Positions 28,121-38,806 of a stretch of DNA of 64,000 nucleotides are shown here, one piece after another. The first letter of the stretch is position 1, and each line of letters begins with the position of its first letter. The stretch is from positions 416,001-480,000 of the forward strand of contig CAVRCF010000001.1 in the NCBI GenBank assembly GCA_963719505.1, written 5' to 3'. The position numbers and the translations under genes are program-made. Origin of the DNA: Halobacteriovoraceae bacterium (GTDB taxonomy: Bacteria > Bdellovibrionota > Bacteriovoracia > Bacteriovoracales > Bacteriovoracaceae). The notes under the pieces are model-generated. The model did not search any database. It saw only the letters and a program-made list of their open reading frames with translations, and was not told the origin of the DNA.

Positions 28121-29745
28121 TGGACGTGAACGCTTACAATTGGCTTATAGCCCAGAATATTATTGTATGTTTGTCTCGCTTTAATTCTAAGTTTTTCCGC
28201 AGAGTAATCATTGTCTTTATTTTTCATATCTGTAAAAAAGTATTGAGAGAGAATATCAAGGAAGTCCTCCTCATATGCGTCGATATGTTTGGGTAGTCCT
28301 TTGTGAGTGAGAGTAAGACTTCTTCCTTTTTTAGAGACACTTATGAAGATCGCACCATTGCAGGCCATCTTTCTTCTCTCTGAGATCTTTTCTCTTTCAA
28401 TTTCAAGGTTGCGACTATGGATTAGCTTGGGCTCACTCGCCTCTTGGTTAACAATCGAGTATGAAAAGTCTGAAGCTAATGCCAGGGTATCGAAATTCTT
28501 CATCAGTATTGGAACTGCATTAGTATTTTCTTTGATGAAATTAATATGTCGATTGAGAAAAAATACTTCACCGTGAATAGGAACATAATGAGTGGGATTA
28601 ATTTCTTCCAACAAGGCCAAGAGATCTTTTTGTCCTGGATGGCCTGAGGCATGAATATTCTTTTCAGAGGCTGTTATGATTTGCGCTCCTTTTAAGGCTA
28701 TATCATTGTAAATTCTATAAACCTTTTTTTCATTACCGGGAATTGCTTTTGAGCTAAAAAGAAAAAGATCTCTTTCATTTACTTTAAAGTATTTGTGCTC
28801 ACCTGATGTGACTCTTCTTAGCGCACCAAAGTGGTCTCCTTGGCAGCCTGTAAGCATTATTATTAAGTTGTCAGCACCATGATTATTAAGCTGTTCAGAC
28901 TCTCTATAGACACTCATGTCTTTATCAATAAGACCACAAGCTTCAGCGGCTTCTAGATACGAAAATAATGATCTTCCAACTGGAACAATATGTTTTTTGT
29001 GTTTCTTCGCCATTTCAAAAAGTGTTCTCATTCTCCAAATATTAGATGAAAACATAGTGACAAAAATTCTTTGTTTACGGCTTAATATCTCATCTAGATC
29101 ATCTAATAAATCTCTTTCGGACAAAGTCCTTGTTGGAGAGAGAATATTGGTTGAATCTAGGAAGCAATATCTCTTTTCTGCCTGGTTAAAGAGCCTTTTC
29201 ACTTTTTGAATATCAAAAGCATCTTCGTAAAGCGGATTGAGATCGTATTTGAAGTCTGAAATAAAAAGAAGAGAAAGTTCATTCCCCTTGTCTTTAAGAA
29301 TAAGGCCAAAGGTATGGGGAATCGAATGTGTAACATGAATTGGATGGAGTTCAAACTCACCAAAATCGAGATGGTCGTCTTTTGTGTAGACATTTATCTT
29401 TGCCGGCAATTTTGCTTCATCAAACTTTCTTCGCAAAAGCTTTGCTGCGAAATCTGGAGCATAAATTTTAGCATCAGGCATTTCAGTAAAAAGATGAACG
29501 GCTGCCCCAATATGGTCTTCATGGCCATGGGTGAAAAATATTTTTGTTGGCTTGGTTTTATCAAGCTTTTGAATATCGACAATTAAATAATTCAAATCAA
29601 AAAAGTCTTCGTATGGAAAAAGTATCCCGTAGTCGACAATTATTCTTTCTTCACTCGTTTCAAAAACGGTCATATTTGAGCCAATCTCACCGACTCCACC
29701 CATTGGGGTGATACTCAAACGACTATTCTTGATGTGCAAGTTCAT
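28117..29745 (-). CDS. rnj: Ribonuclease J
   Basis: GGVGEIGSN, THGHEDHIG, HSIP, HASGH, PIHGE. Confidence 0.94.
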   Translation of the reverse strand: MNLHIKNSRLSITPMGGVGEIGSNMTVFETSEERIIVDYGILFPYEDFFDLNYLIVDIQKLDKTKPTKIFFTHGHEDHIGAAVHLFTEMPDAKIYAPDFAAKLLRRKFDEAKLPAKINVYTKDDHLDFGEFELHPIHVTHSIPHTFGLILKDKGNELSLLFISDFKYDLNPLYEDAFDIQKVKRLFNQAEKRYCFLDSTNILSPTRTLSERDLLDDLDEILSRKQRIFVTMFSSNIWRMRTLFEMAKKHKKHIVPVGRSLFSYLEAAEACGLIDKDMSVYRESEQLNNHGADNLIIMLTGCQGDHFGALRRVTSGEHKYFKVNERDLFLFSSKAIPGNEKKVYRIYNDIALKGAQIITASEKNIHASGHPGQKDLLALLEEINPTHYVPIHGEVFFLNRHINFIKENTNAVPILMKNFDTLALASDFSYSIVNQEASEPKLIHSRNLEIEREKISERRKMACNGAIFISVSKKGRSLTLTHKGLPKHIDAYEEDFLDILSQYFFTDMKNKDNDYSAEKLRIKARQTYNNILGYKPIVSVHVQ

Positions 29746-30350
29746 AATGTTAGAATTCCTTTAAGCTTAGATCCCAAGATATCGGCTGCAACATCTGTTT
29801 CCTCTCCAACTGTAAAGTCTGCAAATTGCTTTTGTGGGTCTAAGTATTTCTGGTACATGGGTCTTACTGTTTCGTAATACTGAGCAATGACTGATTCTAA
29901 AGACCTTCCCCTATCATTAACGTCTCTATGAAGTCTTCTGGTAAAGCGAATATCTGAGTCGACATGGAGGAAGCATTTAATATCAAGCATTGAGCGAATC
30001 TCTTTGTCAAAAAGAGTAAAGATTCCCTCAAAAAGAACCATCTGGCATGGGCCAACTGTTGTTGTTTCGCTAAGTCTTGAGTTGGTTTTAAAATCATATC
30101 GTGGACACTCAATCGTCTTACCAGCTTTTAAGTCTGAAATATGGGAGTTGAGTAATTCCCAATCAAAAGAATGAGGGTGATCAAAGTTGGGTGATCCTGA
30201 ATTTGTAAAAATATGTTTAGGAGGCTCGTTTAAATAATAAGAATCCATATGAAGAATGATTGCATTTTCTTCACCGATACTTTTTAAAACCTTTTTAGCA
30301 AATGTGGTCTTTCCCGATCCTGATCCACCTGCGATACCAACAATGTACAT
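29742..30350 (-). CDS. udk: Uridine kinase
   Basis: GIAGGSGSGKTT, NFDHP, RRLHRD..RGRS. Confidence 0.95.
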   Translation of the reverse strand: MYIVGIAGGSGSGKTTFAKKVLKSIGEENAIILHMDSYYLNEPPKHIFTNSGSPNFDHPHSFDWELLNSHISDLKAGKTIECPRYDFKTNSRLSETTTVGPCQMVLFEGIFTLFDKEIRSMLDIKCFLHVDSDIRFTRRLHRDVNDRGRSLESVIAQYYETVRPMYQKYLDPQKQFADFTVGEETDVAADILGSKLKGILTL

Positions 30351-30480
30351 ATATCTCCTAATAATTTTGAATAGATACGTATTAACATAGAATCGTGAAA
30401 TTTAAAATTAATTAGAGTAATAATTATAATGATTTGAAGTTCCAATATGCGAATTGGGTAAAGATAGTTATAAGGGCAGC

Positions 30481-31443
30481 ATGAACAAATATTTTTATGT
30501 AAAATTGACTCTTAAAGAAGGATCTTTAGGCCAAGAGGACTTAGAGCGGCTAGCTTTTACAGACTTTGGAGCTACTGGAATAGAAGAATTCTCAATTGAT
30601 GAACCAAAAGTTGATGAAATCCTAGGCGAAAGGTCCTATTCGGGAGCTGACATTCCAGTGTCCGTGATAGAAGAAGTAGAACTTCGTGTTAACACGGAGT
30701 CTAATAACGCGAAAAACATCCACTTCAATTCAAAAAAAGAGGCAAAAGCTTTTCAGGATTGGTTCGAATCAACAAGTTACGGAAGCTCAGAAATCATCGA
30801 AAAGAACATTGAAGATTGGAATGAATCTTGGAGAGAATCCTATAAGCCTATCGCTGTAAGTGAAAATTTCGTTATCGTTCCTTCTTGGATGAAAGACACC
30901 TACCAGGGAGCTGAAAAATATAAACTATACATCTATCCTGGTATGGGATTTGGAACTGGTAGTCACGAGACGACCTTTCTTTGTTTGAAGCTGCTGACCA
31001 CTCTTAAATTGAAAAAAGAAACAGCATGCTTAGACTTTGGTTGTGGTTCCGGAATTTTAGGCTTAGGTCTGAGGCTAATAGATAGTAAATCGACTATTGA
31101 TCTGTATGATATCGATCAGGAAGCCCTTGATAATTGTGTTCAGAACTTGGATCTAAATGAGACGTCTAGAGAAAATATAAGACTACTCTTACCAAAAGAT
31201 AGAGAGAAAATTAATAAAAAATATGATGTTGTCTTTGCCAATATTTTAAAAAATGTATTAGAGATTGAAAAACCCTATCTTACTCAATGTCTGAATGACG
31301 GTGGCGTGCTTATTCTATCTGGTTTATTAAAAGAGCAAGAAGAAGATATCATTCAGCAGTACCAGGAATATCAGCCAAAGCTTCAATTAAAAAATGTCCT
31401 AAGGGATGGTGATTGGATAGCCATTATGTTCTGCCTACCATGA
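30481..31443 (+). CDS. prmA: Ribosomal protein L11 methyltransferase
   Basis: DWNESWR, PGMGFGTGSHETT, LDFGCGSGIL, ANIL. Confidence 0.93.
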   Translation: MNKYFYVKLTLKEGSLGQEDLERLAFTDFGATGIEEFSIDEPKVDEILGERSYSGADIPVSVIEEVELRVNTESNNAKNIHFNSKKEAKAFQDWFESTSYGSSEIIEKNIEDWNESWRESYKPIAVSENFVIVPSWMKDTYQGAEKYKLYIYPGMGFGTGSHETTFLCLKLLTTLKLKKETACLDFGCGSGILGLGLRLIDSKSTIDLYDIDQEALDNCVQNLDLNETSRENIRLLLPKDREKINKKYDVVFANILKNVLEIEKPYLTQCLNDGGVLILSGLLKEQEEDIIQQYQEYQPKLQLKNVLRDGDWIAIMFCLP

Positions 31444-32129
31444 GAGCTTGTTATTTAGAAAACCTAAGTGAGTATGGATCAACTATCGAGCTAAGTACCA
31501 AAGCTATGCACCATCTTGTGAATGTGGTTCGGCTTAAAGTCGGCGATGAATTAAAGTTTTTTGATCGCGACCAAAATATTAGTCTTGTCTCGACTGAAGA
31601 AATAACAAAGAAAAATATGATATTCAGAGTTTTAGAAAAAAGTAAGGCTCAAGAATGTAAAATCAAATTAAGCTTTGCCATAGGGAAACTGAAAAAAGAT
31701 GCTATGGACTTGGCCATAAAGCAACTTGTTGAGATTGGTGCATCCAAAATTATCATTTTCGAGTCTACCTTCTCACAAGCCTACCCTATCAAAATTGAAA
31801 GGCTTGAAAAAATAATTATCTCGGCAATGGAGCAATCAAATAATTTCAACTTTCCAGAGATCAACTTTATGAAGCTCGACGATTTGTTGAAAAGTGAAAA
31901 AAATAAAATATATTTTAGCTCTGTAACCTCGGAGGATCAAAAAATTGACGCTTTTAATGAGAATTCAATTTTTATCATAGGTCCAGAGGGCGGAATGAGC
32001 GAGAATGAAGAGAAAATCCTTATCGAGTCTTCAGATGTAATAAACTTACCCACATTTATTTTGAGAGCATCAACTGCAGTTTCATATTGTGCCGGTTACG
32101 TAAGTGCTAAAATGCAATTGAATGTTTGA
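31440..32129 (+). CDS. rsmE: 16S rRNA m3U1498 methyltransferase
   Basis: HHLVNVVRL, EQS, IGPEGG, ILRASTA; ATG overlaps the prmA stop. Confidence 0.92.
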   Translation: MRACYLENLSEYGSTIELSTKAMHHLVNVVRLKVGDELKFFDRDQNISLVSTEEITKKNMIFRVLEKSKAQECKIKLSFAIGKLKKDAMDLAIKQLVEIGASKIIIFESTFSQAYPIKIERLEKIIISAMEQSNNFNFPEINFMKLDDLLKSEKNKIYFSSVTSEDQKIDAFNENSIFIIGPEGGMSENEEKILIESSDVINLPTFILRASTAVSYCAGYVSAKMQLNV

Positions 32130-32173
32130 AGACTTAACAGAAATATGAGATTCTTCTATAAGGGAGATAATGC

Positions 32174-32878
32174 ATGAACAATTCTGAAGATCTTGAGATT
32201 GATAGATTATTAGACGAAAACTTTTTTAAGCCAGTGACGAAAGGTTTGGGCTTTCACCATTCCTTAAAAGATAAAAAAGAAGTAGCAGGATCTCTAAGAG
32301 AAAAAAGCTTAGATTTAAAAGCTGACCTAGATAAAAGATCGAGAGAGTTAAACATTAGAAATTCTTTTGAGAATACTTCATCTTTAAAAACTGGTGAACT
32401 AAGTGCATTCTATCAAGCTCCAGAAAGTAAAGCTGTAGAGCTTAACTTAGATGGTGATTTATCAGAGTCTTTCCAAATGGAAGCAAACCTCCTCCCCCGT
32501 TTTGGTGCGTGGATAGCTGACATGGTTATTATTACTTGTGCTTTGAGCCTTATGGCCATCGCAGCAATCTTCATAAGCGATATCCCCCTCTCCTTTTTTA
32601 GAGAAAATATCTTCAACCTAGATATCGGTTTTTTCGCAATAGCCTTAACTTCTCTTTTTTACGTTTTCTATTTTTCTTTTTTTGATAAGACAGAATTCTC
32701 CACCCCAGGAAAAAGAATTTTTGGTTTAAAAGTTCAAAGATTAAATGGAGAGAACATTGATTTGATACAAGCATTAAATAGATCGCTTGTCTCTCTTCTG
32801 TCCTTGCTAACTTTTGGACTTGGCAATATCCTCAAGGTTCAAGACAAACTGACTGATTCTATTGTCGTTTCAAAATGA
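32174..32878 (+). CDS. RDD family membrane protein
   Basis: [28 protein letters not shown]. Confidence 0.85.
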   Translation: MNNSEDLEIDRLLDENFFKPVTKGLGFHHSLKDKKEVAGSLREKSLDLKADLDKRSRELNIRNSFENTSSLKTGELSAFYQAPESKAVELNLDGDLSESFQMEANLLPRFGAWIADMVIITCALSLMAIAAIFISDIPLSFFRENIFNLDIGFFAIALTSLFYVFYFSFFDKTEFSTPGKRIFGLKVQRLNGENIDLIQALNRSLVSLLSLLTFGLGNILKVQDKLTDSIVVSK

Positions 32879-33327
32879 GTTTTTCTCCTGAGCTTGAAAA
32901 ATTTCTCACTGAAAATAAAGACAAAAAAATTGTTTTTACTAATGGCTGTTTTGATATCCTCCACAGAGGCCACTTGACCTATCTGGCTGAAGCTAAATCG
33001 TGTGCAGACAAATTAGTAGTTGGTCTTAATTCAGATGCCAGTGTAAAGCGTCTCAAGGGTCCTGAGCGTCCAATTAACAATGAAGAAGATCGCAAGTTTA
33101 TGCTCGAGAATCTGAGATCAGTTGACCATGTAGAAATCTTTGAAGAAGACACACCCCTAAAACTCATTCAAGCTATCCTTCCCCAAGTTTTAGTGAAGGG
33201 TGGAGATTGGAAAATCGAGCAGATAGTAGGATCATCCGAGGTTTTAGCCGCTGGTGGAGATGTTTATTCTCTAAACTTTATTGATGGATTCTCTACAACA
33301 AACATTATTGAGAAGATAAAAAAGTAA
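32875..33327 (+). CDS. rfaE2: D-glycero-beta-D-manno-heptose 1-phosphate adenylyltransferase (HldE domain II)
   Basis: [29 protein letters not shown]. Confidence 0.92.
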   Translation: MSFSPELEKFLTENKDKKIVFTNGCFDILHRGHLTYLAEAKSCADKLVVGLNSDASVKRLKGPERPINNEEDRKFMLENLRSVDHVEIFEEDTPLKLIQAILPQVLVKGGDWKIEQIVGSSEVLAAGGDVYSLNFIDGFSTTNIIEKIKK

Positions 33328-33377
33328 CTGTAAGTGTCCTAAATTACAGTAAAACCTGATTAAATCACTAAAATATC

Positions 33378-33404
33378 TAAAGTAATACCTGAGTAAGTCG
33401 ATAT
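33378..33404 (+). promoter_or_regulatory. Sigma28 (FliA) promoter of flagellin
   Basis: TAAA-15 bp-GTCGATAT. Confidence 0.8.
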
Positions 33405-33480
33405 GTTATGTAGCTGTACGTTTGGTTGGCTATTTAACATAAATTTTTGTGCTAAAGATTAGCATCGAAAGGAGAGAGAA

Positions 33481-34314
33481 ATGGGCTTAAGAATTAAAAC
33501 GAACATTGCCTCACAAGCTGTTCAAAACAACTTAAAAAAAGTAGATCAAAAAACTTCCGATAGTTTTGAGAGGCTATCTTCGGGAAAGAGAATTAACAAG
33601 TCTGCTGATGATGCGGCCGGTTTAGCTATTGCAAACAAAATGCAGGCTGAAGTAATTGGTCTAAAGATGGCAGAGAGAAATGCGAGTAATGGTATTTCAA
33701 TGGTTCAAGTTGCCGAAGGTGGTTTAGAAGAATCATCTAATATTTTAACAAGAATGAGAGAACTCTCAATCCAAGCTGCTTCAGACACAGTGGGTGAACG
33801 AGAAAGAGGGTACTTGAATCTAGAGTACGAACAACTTAATCAAGAAATCGATAGGATTTCTAAGACGACAAAATTTAGTGGTCGAGAACTTCTTACTGGA
33901 GAAGGCGATGGACCTCTAGACTTCCATGTCGGTGCATATGCCGGCGAAGAGAATAGAATTACCTTTGACTCAAGTGAAGCAAACGCAACTTCATCTGGTT
34001 TGGGGATTGACGGTACCAATATTACGAGTAAAGACGATGCCGTCGGAAATTTAGAAAAAATTGATGAAGCAATTGATAAGGTGTCAGGTTTTAGAGCAAA
34101 CCTTGGTTCAATCCAGTCAAGGCTTCAGTCTACAATCTCAAATCTAGGAACTCAGACTGTTAATACCGATGCAGCGAGAAGTAGAATTGAAGATGTTGAT
34201 GTTGCATCAGAGTCAGCAAAACTGGCATCAAGTAATGTTATCAAATCAGCCGCGACTGCTACATTAGTCCAGGCGAATGGAATTTCTAACTCGGCACTTA
34301 GGCTAGTTGGATAA
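33481..34314 (+). CDS. fliC: Flagellin (short, 277 aa)
   Basis: RLSSGKRINKSADDAAGLAI, RMREL, RANLGSIQSRL, SRIEDVD. Confidence 0.96.
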   Translation: MGLRIKTNIASQAVQNNLKKVDQKTSDSFERLSSGKRINKSADDAAGLAIANKMQAEVIGLKMAERNASNGISMVQVAEGGLEESSNILTRMRELSIQAASDTVGERERGYLNLEYEQLNQEIDRISKTTKFSGRELLTGEGDGPLDFHVGAYAGEENRITFDSSEANATSSGLGIDGTNITSKDDAVGNLEKIDEAIDKVSGFRANLGSIQSRLQSTISNLGTQTVNTDAARSRIEDVDVASESAKLASSNVIKSAATATLVQANGISNSALRLVG

Positions 34315-34402
34315 ACAAATGTAAATAGGGGACGAGAGTCCTCACTTAAGCCCGCCTCTTTAATTCAAGACGTCTTAAAGAGGCTAATATCAAAAGGTAA
34401 GA

Positions 34403-35152
34403 ATGAAACAAGTAGGAAAAAATCAATTAAAGAAAAATTATTCTGCTTGGGCAATCTTTAGTATCATCAATAATACAAAGATTTCTGAGAAACCTATTGT
34501 GGGCTGGAGAATGGTTGCTGGTAAAAAGGTGACGGTGGATCTCTACATAAGGGTCATTAGAAAATTTAGAAATGAATTTGTCATTAGACCCATAAAAGAA
34601 AGTGGTCAAAAAATCCTCGGTGATTTAGTAGCAGGTAGTGAAAGCATAAACCTTTTCCTACCGAGTGATCTTGTTCTTTGTCAGAGTCAGGTGAAAAAAA
34701 TTGAAGCTAACGGAGATATAACAGTCTCTATGCCCGAGATGATTGCGCAAATTGACCGGCGCAAACACCTGCGACTTTTCAGAGAAAGTGGCGTTAGTAT
34801 TGGTGTGGATTTCCAAAAAGAGCTGGGAACACACACACAAAGAGTTCAGTTTTTTAGCAAAGATTGTTTTGATATTAGTGCTGGAGGTCTTTCATTTATC
34901 CTCTCAAGAACTGAGAGTAAGTATTTCCAAAAAGAAAATGTTATTAATTCCATGACCCTTAATTTAGATGGCAAAAAGACTAAACTTAACGGAAGGATTG
35001 TAAATATTTTCGACGTGGAGCCAGATGATCAAAATGGCTTAATCTATAAAAGTAAAAAAGTATGCATCCAATTTGAACAACCCTCACAACAACAACAGAA
35101 GGTGATCAATGACTATGTTTTCAAGTATCTTGATATTGAAGATGCCATTTAA
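34403..35152 (+). CDS. PilZ-domain c-di-GMP receptor (YcgR-like)
   Basis: RRKHLR (RxxxR) and DISAGG (DxSxxG). Confidence 0.82.
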   Translation: MKQVGKNQLKKNYSAWAIFSIINNTKISEKPIVGWRMVAGKKVTVDLYIRVIRKFRNEFVIRPIKESGQKILGDLVAGSESINLFLPSDLVLCQSQVKKIEANGDITVSMPEMIAQIDRRKHLRLFRESGVSIGVDFQKELGTHTQRVQFFSKDCFDISAGGLSFILSRTESKYFQKENVINSMTLNLDGKKTKLNGRIVNIFDVEPDDQNGLIYKSKKVCIQFEQPSQQQQKVINDYVFKYLDIEDAI

Positions 35153-35178
35153 TTGAAAAGACTGCTATAATCAAGAAT

Positions 35179-35937
35179 ATGTCAGTTGTTTCATTTTCAG
35201 ACCTTCATTATTCCCATAAATATCCTAAGTCGAAGCATATTTGGTCGCTCTTTTGCCGCGAACCCAAGGTTCAATCCGCTAAGACAATAGTGCTTCTCGG
35301 TGATATTTTTGACCTCATGATCGGTGCAAAAACTCAGTACATTGACTATTACTTTGACTTTTTTAATGACATAAAAACATTCATTGAAGCGGGGCAAAAG
35401 GTAATTTACGTTGAAGGAAATCATGACTTTCATCTGGAAAAAGTTTTTGAAAAATTCTTGAAAAAATATAAATTGGATGAGGACCTTTTTGAGTATAAAA
35501 AAGATGAATTTATCGTTGAGATAGATGGAAAAAGGATTCTTTTTTGTCACGGTGATCTTGTTGATGACACAAATGAAAGTTTTAAAAAATGGAAATCTAT
35601 CTATCGGAATACAGCGTTTGAGTTTTTCACAAACAATATTCTTCCTTTTTTCTTTATAAAAAAGATAGGGGAGAAGGCTTCAGCTGATTCAAAACAGAGA
35701 AACTCAAGAGCATTTGATTATGAGAAATCTAAAGAGCTTTATAGGGAAGGTGCTGAACGAGTCCTTAGGAACAATAGGGTTGATTACTTAATCGCAGGAC
35801 ACACCCATATTATTGATAACTACCAATCCGTCGATGGACTTTATCTTAATAATGGCTTTCCACTAAAAGACAAAACCTTCATTGAGATTGAAGGTGGTAA
35901 ATGTCACCTCGTCAGTTTAGTGGATTCATGTGAATGA
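35179..35937 (+). CDS. lpxH: UDP-2,3-diacylglucosamine diphosphatase (metallophosphoesterase)
   Basis: SDLH, LGDIFD, EGNHD, HGD, GHTH. Confidence 0.82.
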   Translation: MSVVSFSDLHYSHKYPKSKHIWSLFCREPKVQSAKTIVLLGDIFDLMIGAKTQYIDYYFDFFNDIKTFIEAGQKVIYVEGNHDFHLEKVFEKFLKKYKLDEDLFEYKKDEFIVEIDGKRILFCHGDLVDDTNESFKKWKSIYRNTAFEFFTNNILPFFFIKKIGEKASADSKQRNSRAFDYEKSKELYREGAERVLRNNRVDYLIAGHTHIIDNYQSVDGLYLNNGFPLKDKTFIEIEGGKCHLVSLVDSCE

Positions 35938-37522
35938 CTTCTTCTTGAATATCTTTTCCTAAAAGTTCTTTTACAACTGAATAGGTTCTGTTCTCTTTGA
36001 CATCTTTTGTGACAAGGACTAAGCGATCTGAAAACTTTGCAATCTGTGGAAGGTGAGTAATTGCAATAACCTGAGAAGATGATGCCACCTTAGTAAGGGC
36101 TTCACCAATTTTTAGAGCTGTTTCTCCGCCAATTCCAGTATCAATTTCATCGAAAAGAAAGATATTAATAGTATCTTGCGAAGATAGGATCTGTCTTATT
36201 GCTAGAAGTATTCTGGAAAGCTCACCACCTGATGCTGCATCTTTGACTTTGTAAAATCCTTCACCTGGATTTGTCTCTGCTAAAAAATTGATCTGTGAGA
36301 TTCCATTTGATGTGAGAGTTTCATTTTTAAGAACTTCTATTTTTATTGTTGATCCATTCATCCGAAGAGAGCGAATGGCTTTAGTGAGTTCAGTTGATAG
36401 TTTTTTCGCCATCTTCACTCTGATGTCGTGCAATTCATTGGCCGATTTTATAGCTTTACTTGTGAGTGTGAATGATTTCTCTTCAAGGGACATTAGGTTA
36501 TCAGAAATATTATTTAGAGAGTCTTTCTCTTCACTTAGCTCTTGCTGGATTCCAAGCAGTCCATCCGTGTCGGTTGAAAACTTCCTCTTTAGTCGTTGAT
36601 ACCCATCAAGTTTTTCAATGACGACATCTAACTCTATATCTTGAAGATCACTTTCTTCTAGTGAGGAAACTCTATATTGAAGATCACTTAAAAGCTCTTT
36701 TGCCGTTGTGAAATCATCAGCGAACTCACTATCCAAAAATTTACTAGCGGACATTATTTCTTTCTCTAAGAGGCTTAAGGAATTATTGAGACCAAGGTTG
36801 TCCTCAAAAATGCTTTCTACATTTGCAATAAACTTTGATCTATTTTCAAGATTCATCACGACTTGTTTTTGCTTAAGTAATTCTTTCTCATCTTCAACTG
36901 ATGGTGAAATTTTATCTAACTCATCTAGTTGAAAATTGATATAGTCGAGGCGCCCAGCGTGGTCAACACGCTTTGTTTTTAGCTCTTCTATTTGTTTATT
37001 GACCTCGATAAGCTGACTGTATACGCTAGAAAACTTTTCTTTAGTTGTTGAGTTTTGGGAGAAATTATCCAGAAGAACGAGTTGGTACTTCTCTGAAAGA
37101 AGTTTCTGATTTTCAAATTGTCCTACCAGATCTATAAAACGTTTTGAGAATTTTTGTAAAATTTGAAGTGAACAAGCTTGAAAATTTAAATATGACTTTG
37201 TTTTGCCTGAAGAGTATATGATTCTTTTTATCGTAATTTCTTCATTATCAAAAGGGTAACCCTCATTGTTAAAGAATTTTTCTATGTTGGGATCTTGGCA
37301 GCTGAAGACTGCTTCTATAGTTGAGTACTCACAGTCTTTTCTGACAAGTTTTTTGTCTGCTCTAGCTCCAAGAATCATTTGAAGTGCATCCAGAATTAAA
37401 CTCTTTCCAGAACCTGTTTCTCCTACGATTGTATTAAACCCTAAGCCAAAGTTAATGGTCTGATCTTCAAAGGTTGCAAAGTTTTTGAGAATCAGTTCTG
37501 TTAAAATCAATTTGTCATCCAT
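35912..37522 (-). CDS. recN: DNA repair protein RecN
   Basis: GETGSGKS, ASGGELSR, FDEIDTGIGG, ITHLPQIA. Confidence 0.96.
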   Translation of the reverse strand: MDDKLILTELILKNFATFEDQTINFGLGFNTIVGETGSGKSLILDALQMILGARADKKLVRKDCEYSTIEAVFSCQDPNIEKFFNNEGYPFDNEEITIKRIIYSSGKTKSYLNFQACSLQILQKFSKRFIDLVGQFENQKLLSEKYQLVLLDNFSQNSTTKEKFSSVYSQLIEVNKQIEELKTKRVDHAGRLDYINFQLDELDKISPSVEDEKELLKQKQVVMNLENRSKFIANVESIFEDNLGLNNSLSLLEKEIMSASKFLDSEFADDFTTAKELLSDLQYRVSSLEESDLQDIELDVVIEKLDGYQRLKRKFSTDTDGLLGIQQELSEEKDSLNNISDNLMSLEEKSFTLTSKAIKSANELHDIRVKMAKKLSTELTKAIRSLRMNGSTIKIEVLKNETLTSNGISQINFLAETNPGEGFYKVKDAASGGELSRILLAIRQILSSQDTINIFLFDEIDTGIGGETALKIGEALTKVASSSQVIAITHLPQIAKFSDRLVLVTKDVKENRTYSVVKELLGKDIQEEVIHMNPLN

Positions 37523-37533
37523 TTAAGTCTCTC

Positions 37534-38454
37534 TTACCGTTCACTTCTCCCGTGAACGAATTTCTCTTTTAGTGTGTGGTAAAACGATCTTTCGTCGTTT
37601 ACGATTAAAGATATTTTTTTGCGTGTGTCTTTTTCTACTTTTACCTCATCTCCCTTCTTAAACTCAAGAACAATTTGGCCATCTACCGTAATAACTGCAT
37701 CTTCGTCGTCATCTACGAGCTGAACTGAGAGTTTTGAGTGGTCTGAAACTATCAGTGGACGATGGGTCAGTGAATGTGGACAAACAGGCGTTAGTAAAAT
37801 TGCGTTAACTGAGGGGTGAACAATTGCTCCTCCCGCGGCAAGAGAATAAGCTGTGGAGCCCACTGTTGAACTGATAATGAGGCCGTCACCTGATAAATTA
37901 TAGATGTGCTCAGAGTCGCTCGAAACCGAAAGAGTAAGCATTCTGGCAATTGTTTTCTTGTTAAAAACAATATCATTCAAAAAGTGCCTTTTAGAGATCT
38001 CTTTTCCTTTCTCGGTAACGGATACTTTAAATAATTGCTGTTTTCTAATTGAATACTTTCCTGAAAATACGACATTCAATTTTTCATAGAAGTCAGTCTT
38101 ACTAAACTCTGTAATAAATCCTAACCTTCCAAGGTTGACTCCAAAAACGGGTACATTGGGATCGACCTTGCGACAGACTCCCAGGAGTGTACCATCGCCA
38201 CCAAGGGAAATGATCAATTGAGATTTTTTAAAGACATCTTTTTCAGATTTGAAATGTATTTGCTTTGTAACATTTGGTGGAAGATTACTATTTAATCTTT
38301 CTTTTTCTTTTTCTAAAAAAATTACAGTCTTATTTCTTTTTTTCAGCCACCTTACTAAGTTGGTAATAGTATTGGTTATATCTTCATAAGAGGAGGGCTT
38401 TAGAACTATAGCAATATCTTTAAATTCATCTTTTCTATTCATTTTCCTTCCCAT
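37534..38454 (-). CDS. nadK: NAD kinase
   Basis: LGGDGT, GRLGF, ND, GDG...GSTAYSLAAGG. Confidence 0.95.
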   Translation of the reverse strand: MGRKMNRKDEFKDIAIVLKPSSYEDITNTITNLVRWLKKRNKTVIFLEKEKERLNSNLPPNVTKQIHFKSEKDVFKKSQLIISLGGDGTLLGVCRKVDPNVPVFGVNLGRLGFITEFSKTDFYEKLNVVFSGKYSIRKQQLFKVSVTEKGKEISKRHFLNDIVFNKKTIARMLTLSVSSDSEHIYNLSGDGLIISSTVGSTAYSLAAGGAIVHPSVNAILLTPVCPHSLTHRPLIVSDHSKLSVQLVDDDEDAVITVDGQIVLEFKKGDEVKVEKDTRKKISLIVNDERSFYHTLKEKFVHGRSER

Positions 38455-38806
38455 TAATCATGATTGAAAGTGCTTTTTTCATGTCTGCAAAAGGCTTGTT
38501 AAGAACAATGCAACCGTAGTCTTTAGCCTTTGTTAATACTTGTTCAGAGGAATAAGCCGTTATGATGATAAATTTTTGAGAAATCTCATCTTTTGTATAA
38601 AGCGCTTTAGAATCTTCGATGATATCGAAACCAGTAATATCCTGGAGCATAAGGTCACAGACTATTCTGTCAAAACTCTCTGATTTAATTTTTGAAAGGG
38701 CTTCTTTACCTCTAGACTCAGTTGTCACAGTAGCCCCCATTTTTTCGAGGAGCTTCTTTAGCGATTGCTGAATAAGGATTTCATCTTCAATGACTAGTAT
38801 TTTCAT
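38435..38806 (-). CDS. Single-domain response regulator
   Basis: VIEDE, CDLML phospho-Asp, TA, KPF. Confidence 0.9.
   Translation of the reverse strand: MKILVIEDEILIQQSLKKLLEKMGATVTTESRGKEALSKIKSESFDRIVCDLMLQDITGFDIIEDSKALYTKDEISQKFIIITAYSSEQVLTKAKDYGCIVLNKPFADMKKALSIMINGKENE

Noticed and set aside
33481-34314. Short flagellin as a truncated gene
   Set aside because: Both conserved termini are present; flagellins lacking outer domains are normal.
34329-34342. GGAC-GAGA-GTCC hairpin after flagellin as a ribozyme or riboswitch
   Set aside because: Only a small GNRA hairpin, with no hammerhead core or aptamer context.
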